In this document: positions 9,739 through 19,083 of the stretch, one piece after another
Position numbering within the stretch: the first letter of the stretch is position 1
How the letters are laid out: every line of letters begins with the position of its first letter
NCBI GenBank assembly: GCA_900769355.1
Contig: CAAGGG010000068.1
Coordinates: 7,478-71,477 of the forward strand
Source of the DNA: Candidatus Gastranaerophilales bacterium
GTDB taxonomy: Bacteria; Cyanobacteriota; Vampirovibrionia; Gastranaerophilales; Gastranaerophilaceae
Length of the DNA stretch: 64,000 nucleotides
Direction of reading: 5' to 3'
Notes under the pieces: model-generated
What the model saw: only the letters and a program-made list of their open reading frames with translations
Database searches by the model: none
What the model was told of the DNA's origin: nothing
Program-made: the position numbers and the translations under genes

Positions 9739-10055
9739 ATATGTTCAATTTGATTTCTGTTGCAATCACAATCGGCAAACGCTTTTTTGCATGTTGGACA
9801 AGGCATTATTTTAGGTTTGGCACATTCATCACATTTGACTTTTTTAACCTTACATTTGTTACAGTTTTTGAAACCTGTAAATGGGTTAAGACTGAAATTT
9901 GTTTTGTTTTCACCTATTCCAACATAAGGTAATGGATTTAAGTAAGAAATGTATGGCATTGGATTAAGTGTTTGCATGCCTTCCCAAGCAAAAGCATCTT
10001 GTGCAGAAAACGCAATTGCGCCAACCAGCGCGAGTGAAATAAATAATCTTTTCAT
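9693..10055 (-). CDS. Small secreted Cys-rich protein
   Basis: Signal peptide MKRLFISLALVGAIAFSAQDAFA, followed by a CxxC-rich tail (CNKCKVKKVKCDEC...CPTCKKAFADCDC). Confidence 0.5.
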   Translation of the reverse strand: MKRLFISLALVGAIAFSAQDAFAWEGMQTLNPMPYISYLNPLPYVGIGENKTNFSLNPFTGFKNCNKCKVKKVKCDECAKPKIMPCPTCKKAFADCDCNRNQIEHIYIAPVQPKCTSCGK

Positions 10056-10276
10056 AGAATTCTCCCTTTTGTTGTAATTTTTTAACTTCCATCTGACTAT
10101 TCCAAATGAGCTAATCAATTTGTATTTATATAATTATTTTAAACTTTATAAATGTTTTTACGATAACCAACAGAGGGATATATAGTATGCTTTTGACTTA
10201 GGAGAAAATATTAAAAAAAAATAAGGTTCATAATTATCTATGAACCTTATTTTAAATTTTGTTTATAAGTCAAATC

Positions 10277-11551
10277 TTATAGAGCTGCATTTGTTTTTGG
10301 AACAGTAGCGTTGTCTAACAAGATAACGTAAACAACTTCGCCTGATTTAGCGTGGTATTGAAGTCCTTTTGTTACCAAACCTGTTGCTAAACCAACAGCA
10401 GCACCAACAGGAGCTCCGATTGCAATACCTGTACCAATTTTAGTTGGATCAGGAATGAATGCAAAACCAACACCTGCACCAGTACCAACTGCAGCTCCAG
10501 AAACTGTGCATAGAGCCAATTTACCGGCAGTCATCCAAGGACCTTCTTTTAAAGAATTATCTTTTGTGAAAGGTTTCGCGTTAAATGCAACTTGTTGACC
10601 GGAAGGCAAAATGATTTGCGTTAGTTGAGGATATACTCTAGCGTTTTTGTTAAACCATTTTGGATCTCTAACTTCGTTCAATTGAGCAACGAACTTAGTA
10701 CCGGCTGGAAGAACAAGTGTTCCTTCTTTAGTATTGATATCTTCTGGAGCAACAAAAGAAACAATGTCACCGGCTTTGTGTTCTTCTGATTTGAATTTGT
10801 CTTCGAATGCAACAGCCAAAACGTTTCCTTCAGAAATTACTCTTTCAACGTTGTTTACTTTAACTTCATTGTTAGGAGCTTTTTTAGTTACTGCTAAATG
10901 TTCAACAGTTGTAGCTCCGATGTATTCTTGTTTAACCAAGTCTAATTTGTCTTTAAGTCTAGCCAATAATACAGCAGCTTCTGCTCTTGACAAATTGTCG
11001 TTTGGTCTTAATTCTCTTGAATCAGGATAGTTTACGTAGATACCGTAGTTAATAGTTTTTGCGTAAACGTTAGTTGCCCATGCAGGAACTTTGTTAGCAT
11101 CTTTGAATTGGTTCAAGATAGATTTATCAGCGTTCATATCTTTTGTGATATGGCTGATTACAGATTGAGCTTCTGATCTCAAAACTGTTCTTGTAGGTTG
11201 GAATGTTCCGTTTGGATATCCATAAACCAATCCAAGTTGTTGTGAACGTAAAATGTTTTCGTAGCTAGGTGTAGCTTCTGTAACGTCTGAAAATTTGTTA
11301 GAAATGTTTACATTCAAATTTTCATTAGACAAAACTTTTAATAGAGCATTAACAAATTCAACTCTTGTCATATTGCCTTCCGGATTGAAACGGTCAGCTT
11401 TTAAAGACATAATGTCATTGTCAACAACGATGTTGATCTCTTTGTTTGCCCAGTAATTTTCTCCTACATCAGCAATATTTGCAGCAAACGAAGGAGCAGA
11501 TGTTAATGATAATAAACCTAAAATCATTAATCCAGAAAAAAATTTGTTCAT
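10277..11551 (-). CDS. SLH-domain protein (2-3 N-terminal S-layer-homology repeats) with a Gly-zipper C-terminus
   Basis: Signal peptide present. The SLH-like segments are DVGENYWANKEINIVVDNDIMS...MTRVEFVNALLKV and LSRAEAAVLLARL. Confidence 0.7.
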   Translation of the reverse strand: MNKFFSGLMILGLLSLTSAPSFAANIADVGENYWANKEINIVVDNDIMSLKADRFNPEGNMTRVEFVNALLKVLSNENLNVNISNKFSDVTEATPSYENILRSQQLGLVYGYPNGTFQPTRTVLRSEAQSVISHITKDMNADKSILNQFKDANKVPAWATNVYAKTINYGIYVNYPDSRELRPNDNLSRAEAAVLLARLKDKLDLVKQEYIGATTVEHLAVTKKAPNNEVKVNNVERVISEGNVLAVAFEDKFKSEEHKAGDIVSFVAPEDINTKEGTLVLPAGTKFVAQLNEVRDPKWFNKNARVYPQLTQIILPSGQQVAFNAKPFTKDNSLKEGPWMTAGKLALCTVSGAAVGTGAGVGFAFIPDPTKIGTGIAIGAPVGAAVGLATGLVTKGLQYHAKSGEVVYVILLDNATVPKTNAAL

Positions 11552-11670
11552 CTTTAATTCCTCATATTTACCAGTAAACCTTTTTCGTGTATAATTATAT
11601 CGTAGATAGAAAAGTTTGTAAACATGTAATTATAAATTTTAATGATTTACCCAATTAAGAAAGGAAAAGT

Positions 11671-13113
11671 ATGGATAATTACACAATGACTAAGATTGTT
11701 GCGACTCTAGGGCCTGCATCATCTACAAAGGAAAAAATCAGAGAACTATTTCATGCCGGAGTAACCATGTTCAGATTGAACTCTTCGCATGGTGATGTTG
11801 AAATGCACAAGCAAAATTTGTCTTACATCAGAGAAATTGAAGAAGAAGAAAAGACTCTAATCCCTGTATTGCTTGACTTGCAAGGACCAAAAATCAGAAT
11901 TGGAAACCTTCCTCAATCAATCGAAATTCACAAAGGTGATATTCTTAAATTCCGCCACCAACCTGAAGTTACAGGTGATATTTTGCCAGTTGACTACAAA
12001 GGCATGGCTGATGACGTTACTCCTGGTGAAAAGATCATGATCGATGACGGTAAAATTCAACTTGAAGTTAAGAAAGTTGAAGATAGAGTTATTTTTGCTG
12101 AAGTTTTGACAGACGGACTTTTGAAACAAAGAAAAGGTATCAATATCCCGGGATCTCAAGGTAGCTTGGACGTTTTGACTGAAAGAGATTTGAAGTTCGT
12201 TGAATTTGCAGCACATGCTGATATCGATTATTTGGGACTTTCTTTTGTTAGAGAAGCTTCTGATATCGTAAAATTGAGAGATTTACTTCATGGACACGGA
12301 AACTACACTGCAAGAATTATTTCTAAAATTGAAAAACCTCAAGCAGTGAATAATATTGATGCAATTATTGAAGTTTCTGACGGTATCATGGTTGCCAGAG
12401 GTGACTTGGGTATTGAAATTTCTAACGAAAAAGTACCTATCGTTCAAAAAACTATCATCAGAAAAGCTAACGCTAAGAGAAAAGTTGTTATTGTTGCAAC
12501 TCAAATGTTAGATAGCATGATTGAAAACCCAATTCCTACTCGTGCTGAAACTTCAGACGTTGCAAACGCAATTCTTGACGGTACTGACGCAATTATGTTG
12601 TCAGGTGAAACAGCTGCAGGTGCTTATCCAGTTGAAGCTGTTGCAATGATGAAGAAAATCGCTGACAATGTTCTTGAATCATCATTCATGAGAAAAAATA
12701 AATTCCCTAGAAAAATGATTGAAGAAGAAAAAGATTCTCAAGCAATGGCAATTGGTATGTCAATCGCTGATATGACAAGAAAAATGCCGGTAAAAGCAGT
12801 TATCGCATTGACAGGTAGCGGATTTACAGCATCTATGCTTGCAGAAGGTAAATTGAGTGTTCCAATTTTTGCTTGCTGTCCAGAAAAGAAAATTTGCCGT
12901 AACATCAAATTGTTCAGAGGCGTATACCCAATTCCTTTGAACTTTGAAGCTTCTATCGACAAAAAATCTTTGATGGCTTTAGATGAATTCTTAATCAACA
13001 AATTAGGTTTGGAAAAAGATGATTTTGTTCTAATCACAGGTTCAGTTCCAGAACTTTTGGTTGGTGGCACAAACTTTATCAAAATTCACAAAATCGGTTT
13101 GTTGAGCAAATAA
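11671..13113 (+). CDS. pyk: Pyruvate kinase
   Basis: MTKIVATLGPAS, FRLNSSHG, the MVARGDLGIEI motif and a C-terminal regulatory domain. SD AAAGGAAAAG upstream. Confidence 0.95.
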   Translation: MDNYTMTKIVATLGPASSTKEKIRELFHAGVTMFRLNSSHGDVEMHKQNLSYIREIEEEEKTLIPVLLDLQGPKIRIGNLPQSIEIHKGDILKFRHQPEVTGDILPVDYKGMADDVTPGEKIMIDDGKIQLEVKKVEDRVIFAEVLTDGLLKQRKGINIPGSQGSLDVLTERDLKFVEFAAHADIDYLGLSFVREASDIVKLRDLLHGHGNYTARIISKIEKPQAVNNIDAIIEVSDGIMVARGDLGIEISNEKVPIVQKTIIRKANAKRKVVIVATQMLDSMIENPIPTRAETSDVANAILDGTDAIMLSGETAAGAYPVEAVAMMKKIADNVLESSFMRKNKFPRKMIEEEKDSQAMAIGMSIADMTRKMPVKAVIALTGSGFTASMLAEGKLSVPIFACCPEKKICRNIKLFRGVYPIPLNFEASIDKKSLMALDEFLINKLGLEKDDFVLITGSVPELLVGGTNFIKIHKIGLLSK

Positions 13114-13132
13114 TTCTTCAAAAAATAAGGAA

Positions 13133-13160
13133 AAGACCGTCTTGCAAGGCGGTCTTTTTT
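13133..13160 (+). terminator. Rho-independent terminator after pyk
   Basis: GACCGTCTTG/CAAGGCGGTC stem plus a T6 run. Confidence 0.7.
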
Positions 13161-13302
13161 ATGCAAATTAAATTACTTTTCTTGGTAAATAATTATTAAT
13201 ATATCTTATTTTCAATTGTATTCTATTTTTGACTGTATATAATAAGTGTATAAGTTTAATTTATTCCAAGAGAGAGTACGAGATTTACATAAAGGGGAAA
13301 GC

Positions 13303-14691
13303 ATGTTGAGATTAGACTACCGTGGCGCAGATGAGATGGTAATCGGGAGTGAAAACGGATTAAATATTAAAGAAAAGTTTGAACAATACAAAGAAACTAT
13401 CGCTAATATTATATCTGATTTGAACAAACGAAAAGATAAACCTGGTCAGTGGTTACAGTGGTTGAATTTAGGCTATAATGAAGAAACTCTTTGGTATGTA
13501 AAAGAATATGCTTCTATGGTGCAGGGGCGATTTGAAAATGTTTTGGTTTTAGGTATCGGCGGTTCTGCACTCGGTGGACTTGCGATGTCCGAAGCACTTT
13601 TGAAACCGTATTGGAATTTCCTTTCAGAAGAGCAACGTAACGGGCTTCCTAGAATTTTCTTCTTGGATAATATTGATCCTGACACAATGGTTGGTTTGCT
13701 TAATACATTGGATTTGAGTAAAACTTTGGTTAATGTTATTACAAAATCAGGTTCGACTGCTGAGACAATGTCGCAATTTATGATTGTGAAAAATATTCTT
13801 GAACAAGAACTTGGCGCAAATTACAGATATAATATTGTTGCAACAACTGATAAAAAGACTGGAATTTTAAGACAAATTGCAGAGCAAGAAGGTTATAAAA
13901 CTTTTGTTGTGCCAGATGATGTTGGCGGGAGATTTTCAGTTTTTTCTGCGGTTGGGCTTGTGCCTCTTGCGTTAGTCGGAATTGATATTGATGAAATTAT
14001 GAACGGTATTAAGGACATGGATTTGGCATTGAAAAACACTGACGTTTTTGAAAATATTGCGGCACAAAATGCTCTAATTCATTATCTGATGGATACTGAA
14101 AAAGGTAAGAATTTGGCTGTTATGATGCCGTATTCAAGCCGTTTGAAATATGTGTCTGACTGGTTCGTGCAACTTTGGGCTGAGTCTTTAGGCAAGAATA
14201 AAGACAAAGGCGGAAATGATGTTCATATTGGTCCAACACCTATCAAAGCTCTTGGTGCGACAGACCAACACTCACAAATTCAGTTGTATAACGAAGGACC
14301 GAATGATAAAGTTATTAATTTTATAAGGGTTGCAGAGTTTGATAATATTTTGGAAATTCCAAATATTTTTGAATATACAGGGATTGGTTACCTTGGCGGA
14401 AAAACAATTAACCAGTTGATAAATGCTGAAGCAGATTCAACAAGAGTTGCATTGGCGGATTACAATAGACCGACTGTAACGATCACGTTGGACAAGGTTG
14501 ACGGATATAATGTTGCCCAATTGTTGTATATGTTGGAAGTTCAGACTGCGATTGCCGGGGAGTTATATAATATTAATACTTTTAATCAACCTGGGGTTGA
14601 ACAAGCAAAAAATTATACTTATGCGTTGATGGGTAGAATGGGTTACGAAGAGTCTGCCCAAATGCTTAAAGAAAAAATGGCGACTGTGTAA
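13303..14691 (+). CDS. pgi: Glucose-6-phosphate isomerase
   Basis: Motifs VLGIGGSALG, GGRFSVFSAVGL and bacterial PGI length. The start is placed at ATG 13303 (SD AAAGGGGA). The track's GTG 13246 lies inside a TTGTAT-16-TATAAT promoter. Confidence 0.9.
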   Translation: MLRLDYRGADEMVIGSENGLNIKEKFEQYKETIANIISDLNKRKDKPGQWLQWLNLGYNEETLWYVKEYASMVQGRFENVLVLGIGGSALGGLAMSEALLKPYWNFLSEEQRNGLPRIFFLDNIDPDTMVGLLNTLDLSKTLVNVITKSGSTAETMSQFMIVKNILEQELGANYRYNIVATTDKKTGILRQIAEQEGYKTFVVPDDVGGRFSVFSAVGLVPLALVGIDIDEIMNGIKDMDLALKNTDVFENIAAQNALIHYLMDTEKGKNLAVMMPYSSRLKYVSDWFVQLWAESLGKNKDKGGNDVHIGPTPIKALGATDQHSQIQLYNEGPNDKVINFIRVAEFDNILEIPNIFEYTGIGYLGGKTINQLINAEADSTRVALADYNRPTVTITLDKVDGYNVAQLLYMLEVQTAIAGELYNINTFNQPGVEQAKNYTYALMGRMGYEESAQMLKEKMATV

Positions 14692-14714
14692 GTATTTCAT
14701 AATACCAGGCTTGA

Positions 14715-14750
14715 AAACGGTTTAAAAATATGTTAAAATGAACTTATAAG
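14715..14750 (+). promoter_or_regulatory. Sigma70-like promoter TTGAAA-17-TAAAAT
   Basis: Read from the sequence. It precedes a strong-SD uORF and the pilin locus. Confidence 0.5.
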
Positions 14751-14803
14751 AATAGAGAAATTAGGTCAGTCATTACCTGATAATCTGGATAAGGAGATTT
14801 TTG

Positions 14804-14899
14804 ATGAAATTTGAGAAGTCGTTGGAGTTGTTAAAAAATGAAAGCAACCTGATTGACGAGTGGAGCGGCACGCTCCTCGGGGGGGGGGCAAGCGTCTAG
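14804..14899 (+). other. 31-codon uORF (MKFEKSLELLKNESNLIDEWSGTLLGGGASV*) reading through a G10 tract and stopping at TAG immediately after it
   Basis: SD AAGGAG lies 7 nt upstream of ATG 14804. The G10 tract at 14879-14888 encodes GGG. The +1 frame (ORF track 14860 onward) is open for 136 codons into the pilin ATG at 15268. Confidence 0.45.
14879..14888. repeat. G10 homopolymeric tract followed by CAAGCGTCTAGA
   Basis: Counted directly from the sequence. Confidence 0.85.
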
Positions 14900-15267
14900 A
14901 ATCCTCGCCCCAACGGGGAGAGGAAGCAATCGTTAGCGAGCGGTTAGCGAGTGTTACGAGTGCAGGTGAGGGGAATTTAGATGTCAAGATATCCAGAGGC
15001 ATAGATGTAAAGTCTGTTACTGGAAAAATAAATTGTCACGCACCTCTCTCCGAGGGAGAGGTGGTTTCATCTATCCAATCGACCCCCTCACCCGAATTTC
15101 TAAATTCACTACCGTTCATTAAGAAATTCTACCCTACTCCCCTTTGGGGTGAGGGTAAGTTTACAAAAGTTTCTCACGACAATAGCTGCAATTCACGTCA
15201 TTCTGAGCGTCAGCGAAAGAATCCAGCTTATTTATTGTATAATACAAGTAAATTGAAAGGAATACAC

Positions 15268-16206
15268 ATGAATAATTTAACCGAAACAGCCCAGCCATCT
15301 ATGCCTCTTGGCATCTTTGCATCTAAATATGATGTCGGCATAGCAATGCCGACCTACTTTGCTGTTTACCCATCTAAATCTTCCCTGACAAGGGAAGACT
15401 TAAGTTTCGGTAAAATTGTGCATTATAATAATTTCAACTTAACAGAAACGGTCCATTCACCATTCACTACTCACAATTCACTTAAAAAATCTGCCTTCAC
15501 ATTGGCGGAGGTTCTCATCACTCTCGGCATAATTGGCGTTGTTGCGGCACTTACTTTGCCATCTGTAATAAACAAATATCGTAGTTTTGTGCTGGAACAA
15601 CAGTTTAAAAAATCCTATTCAAATCTTTCGCAGACTATTATAAATATGAAGCGTGATTCTGGTCTGGAACATTTGAGAGATAATTATGTTCATTATGACA
15701 CAAATTCCGGTTATGATTCTACATTGGTAAAAGCTTTTTATGATAGTTTTGACAGTCACATAGCACCTGTTGATAAGTTGAAAAAGATATATTCAGTTAC
15801 AAATTATAGTGGAACAGGAACATCAGCCACTGATTATGGGTACGATTGGCCACGAGCTCTTTTTGTTTTAGCCGATGGAAGTAGTATTGGACGTCTTGTT
15901 AATAACGGTTGTTTGCTTTTTTGGATTGATACAAATGGGCCTTACAAAAAACCTAATCGTTATGGCTTTGATATTTTTGAACTTAGAGTTTGTGACAGTA
16001 CAGATGCTTTAAAGCCTGTTAAGGCATATAAAAACAATTATACCGATGAGGAGTTGGAAAAAGAACAGTTTCCGTATATTGTAGGTGCTCCTTGCACAAA
16101 AAATTCCAAACAACTGCTAAACGGCATAGGTTGTTCTTGGTATGCGTTGAACAATATTAATCCAGATGATGAGTCGAAAAAATACTGGGATAGTTTACCT
16201 TGGTAA
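15268..16206 (+). CDS. Type IV pilin-like protein (prepilin-type N-terminal cleavage/methylation domain) with an unusually long, roughly 75-aa leader
   Basis: Starts MNNLTETAQPSMPLGIFASK, continues to KKSA|FTLAEVLITLGIIGVVAALTLPS (Glu+5), and has the C-terminal motif IDTNGPYKKPNRYGFDIF. SD AAAGGAA; TGTATAAT extended -10 at about 15229. Confidence 0.75.
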   Translation: MNNLTETAQPSMPLGIFASKYDVGIAMPTYFAVYPSKSSLTREDLSFGKIVHYNNFNLTETVHSPFTTHNSLKKSAFTLAEVLITLGIIGVVAALTLPSVINKYRSFVLEQQFKKSYSNLSQTIINMKRDSGLEHLRDNYVHYDTNSGYDSTLVKAFYDSFDSHIAPVDKLKKIYSVTNYSGTGTSATDYGYDWPRALFVLADGSSIGRLVNNGCLLFWIDTNGPYKKPNRYGFDIFELRVCDSTDALKPVKAYKNNYTDEELEKEQFPYIVGAPCTKNSKQLLNGIGCSWYALNNINPDDESKKYWDSLPW

Positions 16207-16281
16207 ACTCTTAAATAGCCCTTGACTCTCCGGTTTGTTGCGTGTATTTTGGTTATACGAGAGATTTTGGGGAGATAATAT

Positions 16282-17661
16282 ATGGAAGAAAACAATGTTT
16301 TAAAGAAGTTTACAACAGCTCAGTTTTTGAACTTTGCGCTAGGTTTTTTTGGATTACAGTTTGCTTGGCAGATGAGAATTATTTTGTCAGGACCGGTTAC
16401 GGAAGGGCTTGGAGCTTCTCCGTTTATTTACGGGCTAATTTGGCTTGCGGGGCCATTTACAGGAATGGTTGTTCAGCCGCTTGTTGGTGCATTGAGTGAC
16501 AAAACTGTTTCTCCGCTTGGCAGACGTCGTCCTTATTTGTTAGGTGGTGCTTTGTTGGCGTCTTTGGCGTTGTTAATTTTTCCTAATTCCGGTGGAATTG
16601 CTGATGGTTTGGCAAGTTTGACAGGTTTGCATTTGCCGACTGTTACAGGTTTATTGATTGCTGCAATTATGATTTGGGTAATTGATGCGTGTGTAAACGT
16701 TGCACAAGGTCCTTATAGAGCGTTAATTCCTGATGTAGTGCCGGAAGAACAATATTCAATCGCAAATTCTTATATAAGTCTTGCAATCGGCTTAGGTTCT
16801 GTTGTTGCGGCTGGTACAGCTCCGTTTTTGAAATGGGCTTTTGGGTATCAAATGTCAATCCCTGCACAGTTTGTAATGGCTGCTTTGGCGTTTACACTTG
16901 GTATGATTTGGACTTGCATTACTATAAAAGAGTGCAAAAGAGAGCACGAAAATAAACAAGAAGCTGCTCAGAATAATGTTTCTTTCTGGCAGTCTTTGAA
17001 AGAGTTTTTTGCGTTGTCGCCTGAGGTTTCAAAAATATGTACAATGCAGTTCTTCACTTGGATTGGGACAATGTGTATGATGATTTTCTTTACACAGTAT
17101 GCGGTTCATACAATCTATTGTGTGCCTGATTTGACAACTGTTTCTGAGTCTACAAAAGAACTTTATGCACAAGCAACTTTGACTGGAACTAATTTTTCAT
17201 CAATTTGTTTTGCAATATTTAATTTGATTTGTTTTATCGTTGCAATTCCAATCGGATTTTTGTCGGCGAAGTTTTCAAATAAAAAAGTTCATATTATTTC
17301 AATAATAACAATGATTTTGGCTTATTTGGGAATGTTTTTCGCAAAAGATCCAAAAGCCGTTGCAGCTTTGATGGGCTTGTCAGGTATTGGCTGGGCAAGT
17401 ATTTGTGCATTGCCGTTTGCGATGCTTTCTCAATTTATTAAAAAAGGTACGGAAGGTTCTGTAATGGGAATTTTCAATATCTTTATCGCAGGTCCGCAAG
17501 TGTTTGTTTGCACACTTGTTGCATGGATTATTTCAAAATGCTCATTCACAATGGGATCTGACTACATTAACTACCACTGGGAATATGCATTTGTAATCGG
17601 TGCGGTTTGCCTTGCAATTGCGGCTGTAATCGCTTCTATGGTTAAGGAAAAGGTTCAATAA
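16282..17661 (+). CDS. MFS/GPH-family transporter (sucrose/glycoside symporter-like, 12 TM)
   Basis: LGRRRPYLLGG motif after TM2, 12 predicted hydrophobic segments, 459 aa. Confidence 0.7.
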   Translation: MEENNVLKKFTTAQFLNFALGFFGLQFAWQMRIILSGPVTEGLGASPFIYGLIWLAGPFTGMVVQPLVGALSDKTVSPLGRRRPYLLGGALLASLALLIFPNSGGIADGLASLTGLHLPTVTGLLIAAIMIWVIDACVNVAQGPYRALIPDVVPEEQYSIANSYISLAIGLGSVVAAGTAPFLKWAFGYQMSIPAQFVMAALAFTLGMIWTCITIKECKREHENKQEAAQNNVSFWQSLKEFFALSPEVSKICTMQFFTWIGTMCMMIFFTQYAVHTIYCVPDLTTVSESTKELYAQATLTGTNFSSICFAIFNLICFIVAIPIGFLSAKFSNKKVHIISIITMILAYLGMFFAKDPKAVAALMGLSGIGWASICALPFAMLSQFIKKGTEGSVMGIFNIFIAGPQVFVCTLVAWIISKCSFTMGSDYINYHWEYAFVIGAVCLAIAAVIASMVKEKVQ

Positions 17662-19061
17662 TGACTGAAAAAAAACGAATTCTTTTAATATATCCGCCAT
17701 CGCCTGTTATGAATAGAGAGGACAGGTGTCAGCAACCGACAAAGGATTTGATTGTAATTCCGCCTTTGCCACCGACTGACTTGATGTATCTGGCATCTGT
17801 TGCTGAGCAGGTTGGGTTTGAGGTAAAAATCGAAGATTACAGTCAGGGTGGCGATTTGGAATATGATTTACGAGAATTCAGACCTGATTATTTGGTTGTA
17901 AATATTGCAACTCCGACGCTTGAAAACGATTTAGATGCCGTAAAACGAGCAAAAGAGCTTAATCCGCACATCGTGACAATCGCAAAAGGTGCGGCGTTCT
18001 TGACTCTTGGAGAAAAAATCCTGAAAGAACATGATTTTCTCGATTTTGGAATTCTTGGCGAAGCAGAAGATACTTTGAAGGAAATCCTTGAAGGACGTGA
18101 AAAATCAGAAATTCTCGGAATTTATTATTGTGAAAACGGAGAGGTGAAATTTACTGGAAAACGTCCGTTTATTGAAGATTTGGACAGACTTCCATTCCCT
18201 GCTCGTCATCTTGTGGATAACAATATTTATAGACGCCCTGACAACAACAAAGTTCAGGCGACAATTAAGGTTGAGCGCGGTTGCCCGTTCCATTGCTTCT
18301 TCTGCCTTGCAACACCTGTTTCAGGAGCGAAAGTCAGACGCAGAAGTGCAGAAAATATTGTTGCAGAAATTAAAGAATGTGTAGAAAAATATAACATTCG
18401 GAATTTCTTGTTCTGGTCAGATATCTTCAATCTTGATAAAGAGTGGACGATGAACTTGTGCCAAGCAATAATTGAAAGTGGGCTAAAAATTACTTGGTCT
18501 GCAAACACCAGAGCCGACACAGCTGACTTGGAGATGGCAAAATTGATGTACAAATCTGGTTGCCGTCTTGTAAGTATCGGTGTTGAGAGCGGTTCACAAG
18601 AAATGCTTGAAAAAATGGGTAAAAACATTACGCTTGACGATGTTAGGAATACGGTTAAAATCTTTAAGCAAGCAAAGATCAGAATTTACAATTACTTTGT
18701 AATCGGGTTGCCTTGGGAAACAGAAGAGACGGTTGAGGAAACAATTAAATTCGCAATTGAGTTAGATAGCGATTTTATAAGTTTTTATACTGCGACTCCG
18801 CTTCCAGGGTCAAGATTTTATGATTATGCCAAAGAGCATAATTTATTTGATAACGAAACATCTTTTGAAAGTGCATATTTTTATCCGTCAGTAAATACGC
18901 ATTACTTGTCAAAAGACAGAGTTTTTGAATTGCACAAGTCTGCAATAAAGAGGTTTTATTTAAGGCCAAGATATGTTTTGAGAATGCTTAGCCGAATAAG
19001 ATCTTTTGAAGAGGTTAAAAACTACTTCATTGCGGGAATGAATGTATTGTTAAGAAGATAG
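17661..19061 (+). CDS. B12-binding-domain radical SAM enzyme
   Basis: N-terminal B12-binding Rossmann-like region (ILLIYPPSP...). Radical SAM cluster motif GCPFHCFFC. 466 aa. The start overlaps the stop of the MFS gene. Confidence 0.8.
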   Translation: MTEKKRILLIYPPSPVMNREDRCQQPTKDLIVIPPLPPTDLMYLASVAEQVGFEVKIEDYSQGGDLEYDLREFRPDYLVVNIATPTLENDLDAVKRAKELNPHIVTIAKGAAFLTLGEKILKEHDFLDFGILGEAEDTLKEILEGREKSEILGIYYCENGEVKFTGKRPFIEDLDRLPFPARHLVDNNIYRRPDNNKVQATIKVERGCPFHCFFCLATPVSGAKVRRRSAENIVAEIKECVEKYNIRNFLFWSDIFNLDKEWTMNLCQAIIESGLKITWSANTRADTADLEMAKLMYKSGCRLVSIGVESGSQEMLEKMGKNITLDDVRNTVKIFKQAKIRIYNYFVIGLPWETEETVEETIKFAIELDSDFISFYTATPLPGSRFYDYAKEHNLFDNETSFESAYFYPSVNTHYLSKDRVFELHKSAIKRFYLRPRYVLRMLSRIRSFEEVKNYFIAGMNVLLRR

Positions 19062-19083
19062 AAGATGATTTGGAGGATATAAA

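Noticed and set aside
11917-13082. Minus-strand ORFs inside pyk (11917-12216, 12283-12504, 12738-13082). Similar antisense ORFs lie inside clpC, aspS, malQ, the 21589 gene and others.
   Set aside because: They are shadow ORFs antisense to well-supported genes, with no SD or motifs.
13246-13302. GTG start for pgi at 13246
   Set aside because: It lies inside a TTGTAT-16-TATAAT promoter. The ATG at 13303 has a proper SD (AAAGGGGA).
14860-16206. The ORF-track 448-aa protein MERHAPRGGGKRLESS..., the long upstream extension of the pilin gene, taken as a bona fide single protein
   Set aside because: Its GTG start has no SD. The pilin has its own extended -10, SD and ATG at 15268. The upstream 400 nt is GC-rich hairpin/repeat DNA, which is stop-poor. 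The extension is kept only as a possible frameshift-fusion target, not as an annotated CDS.
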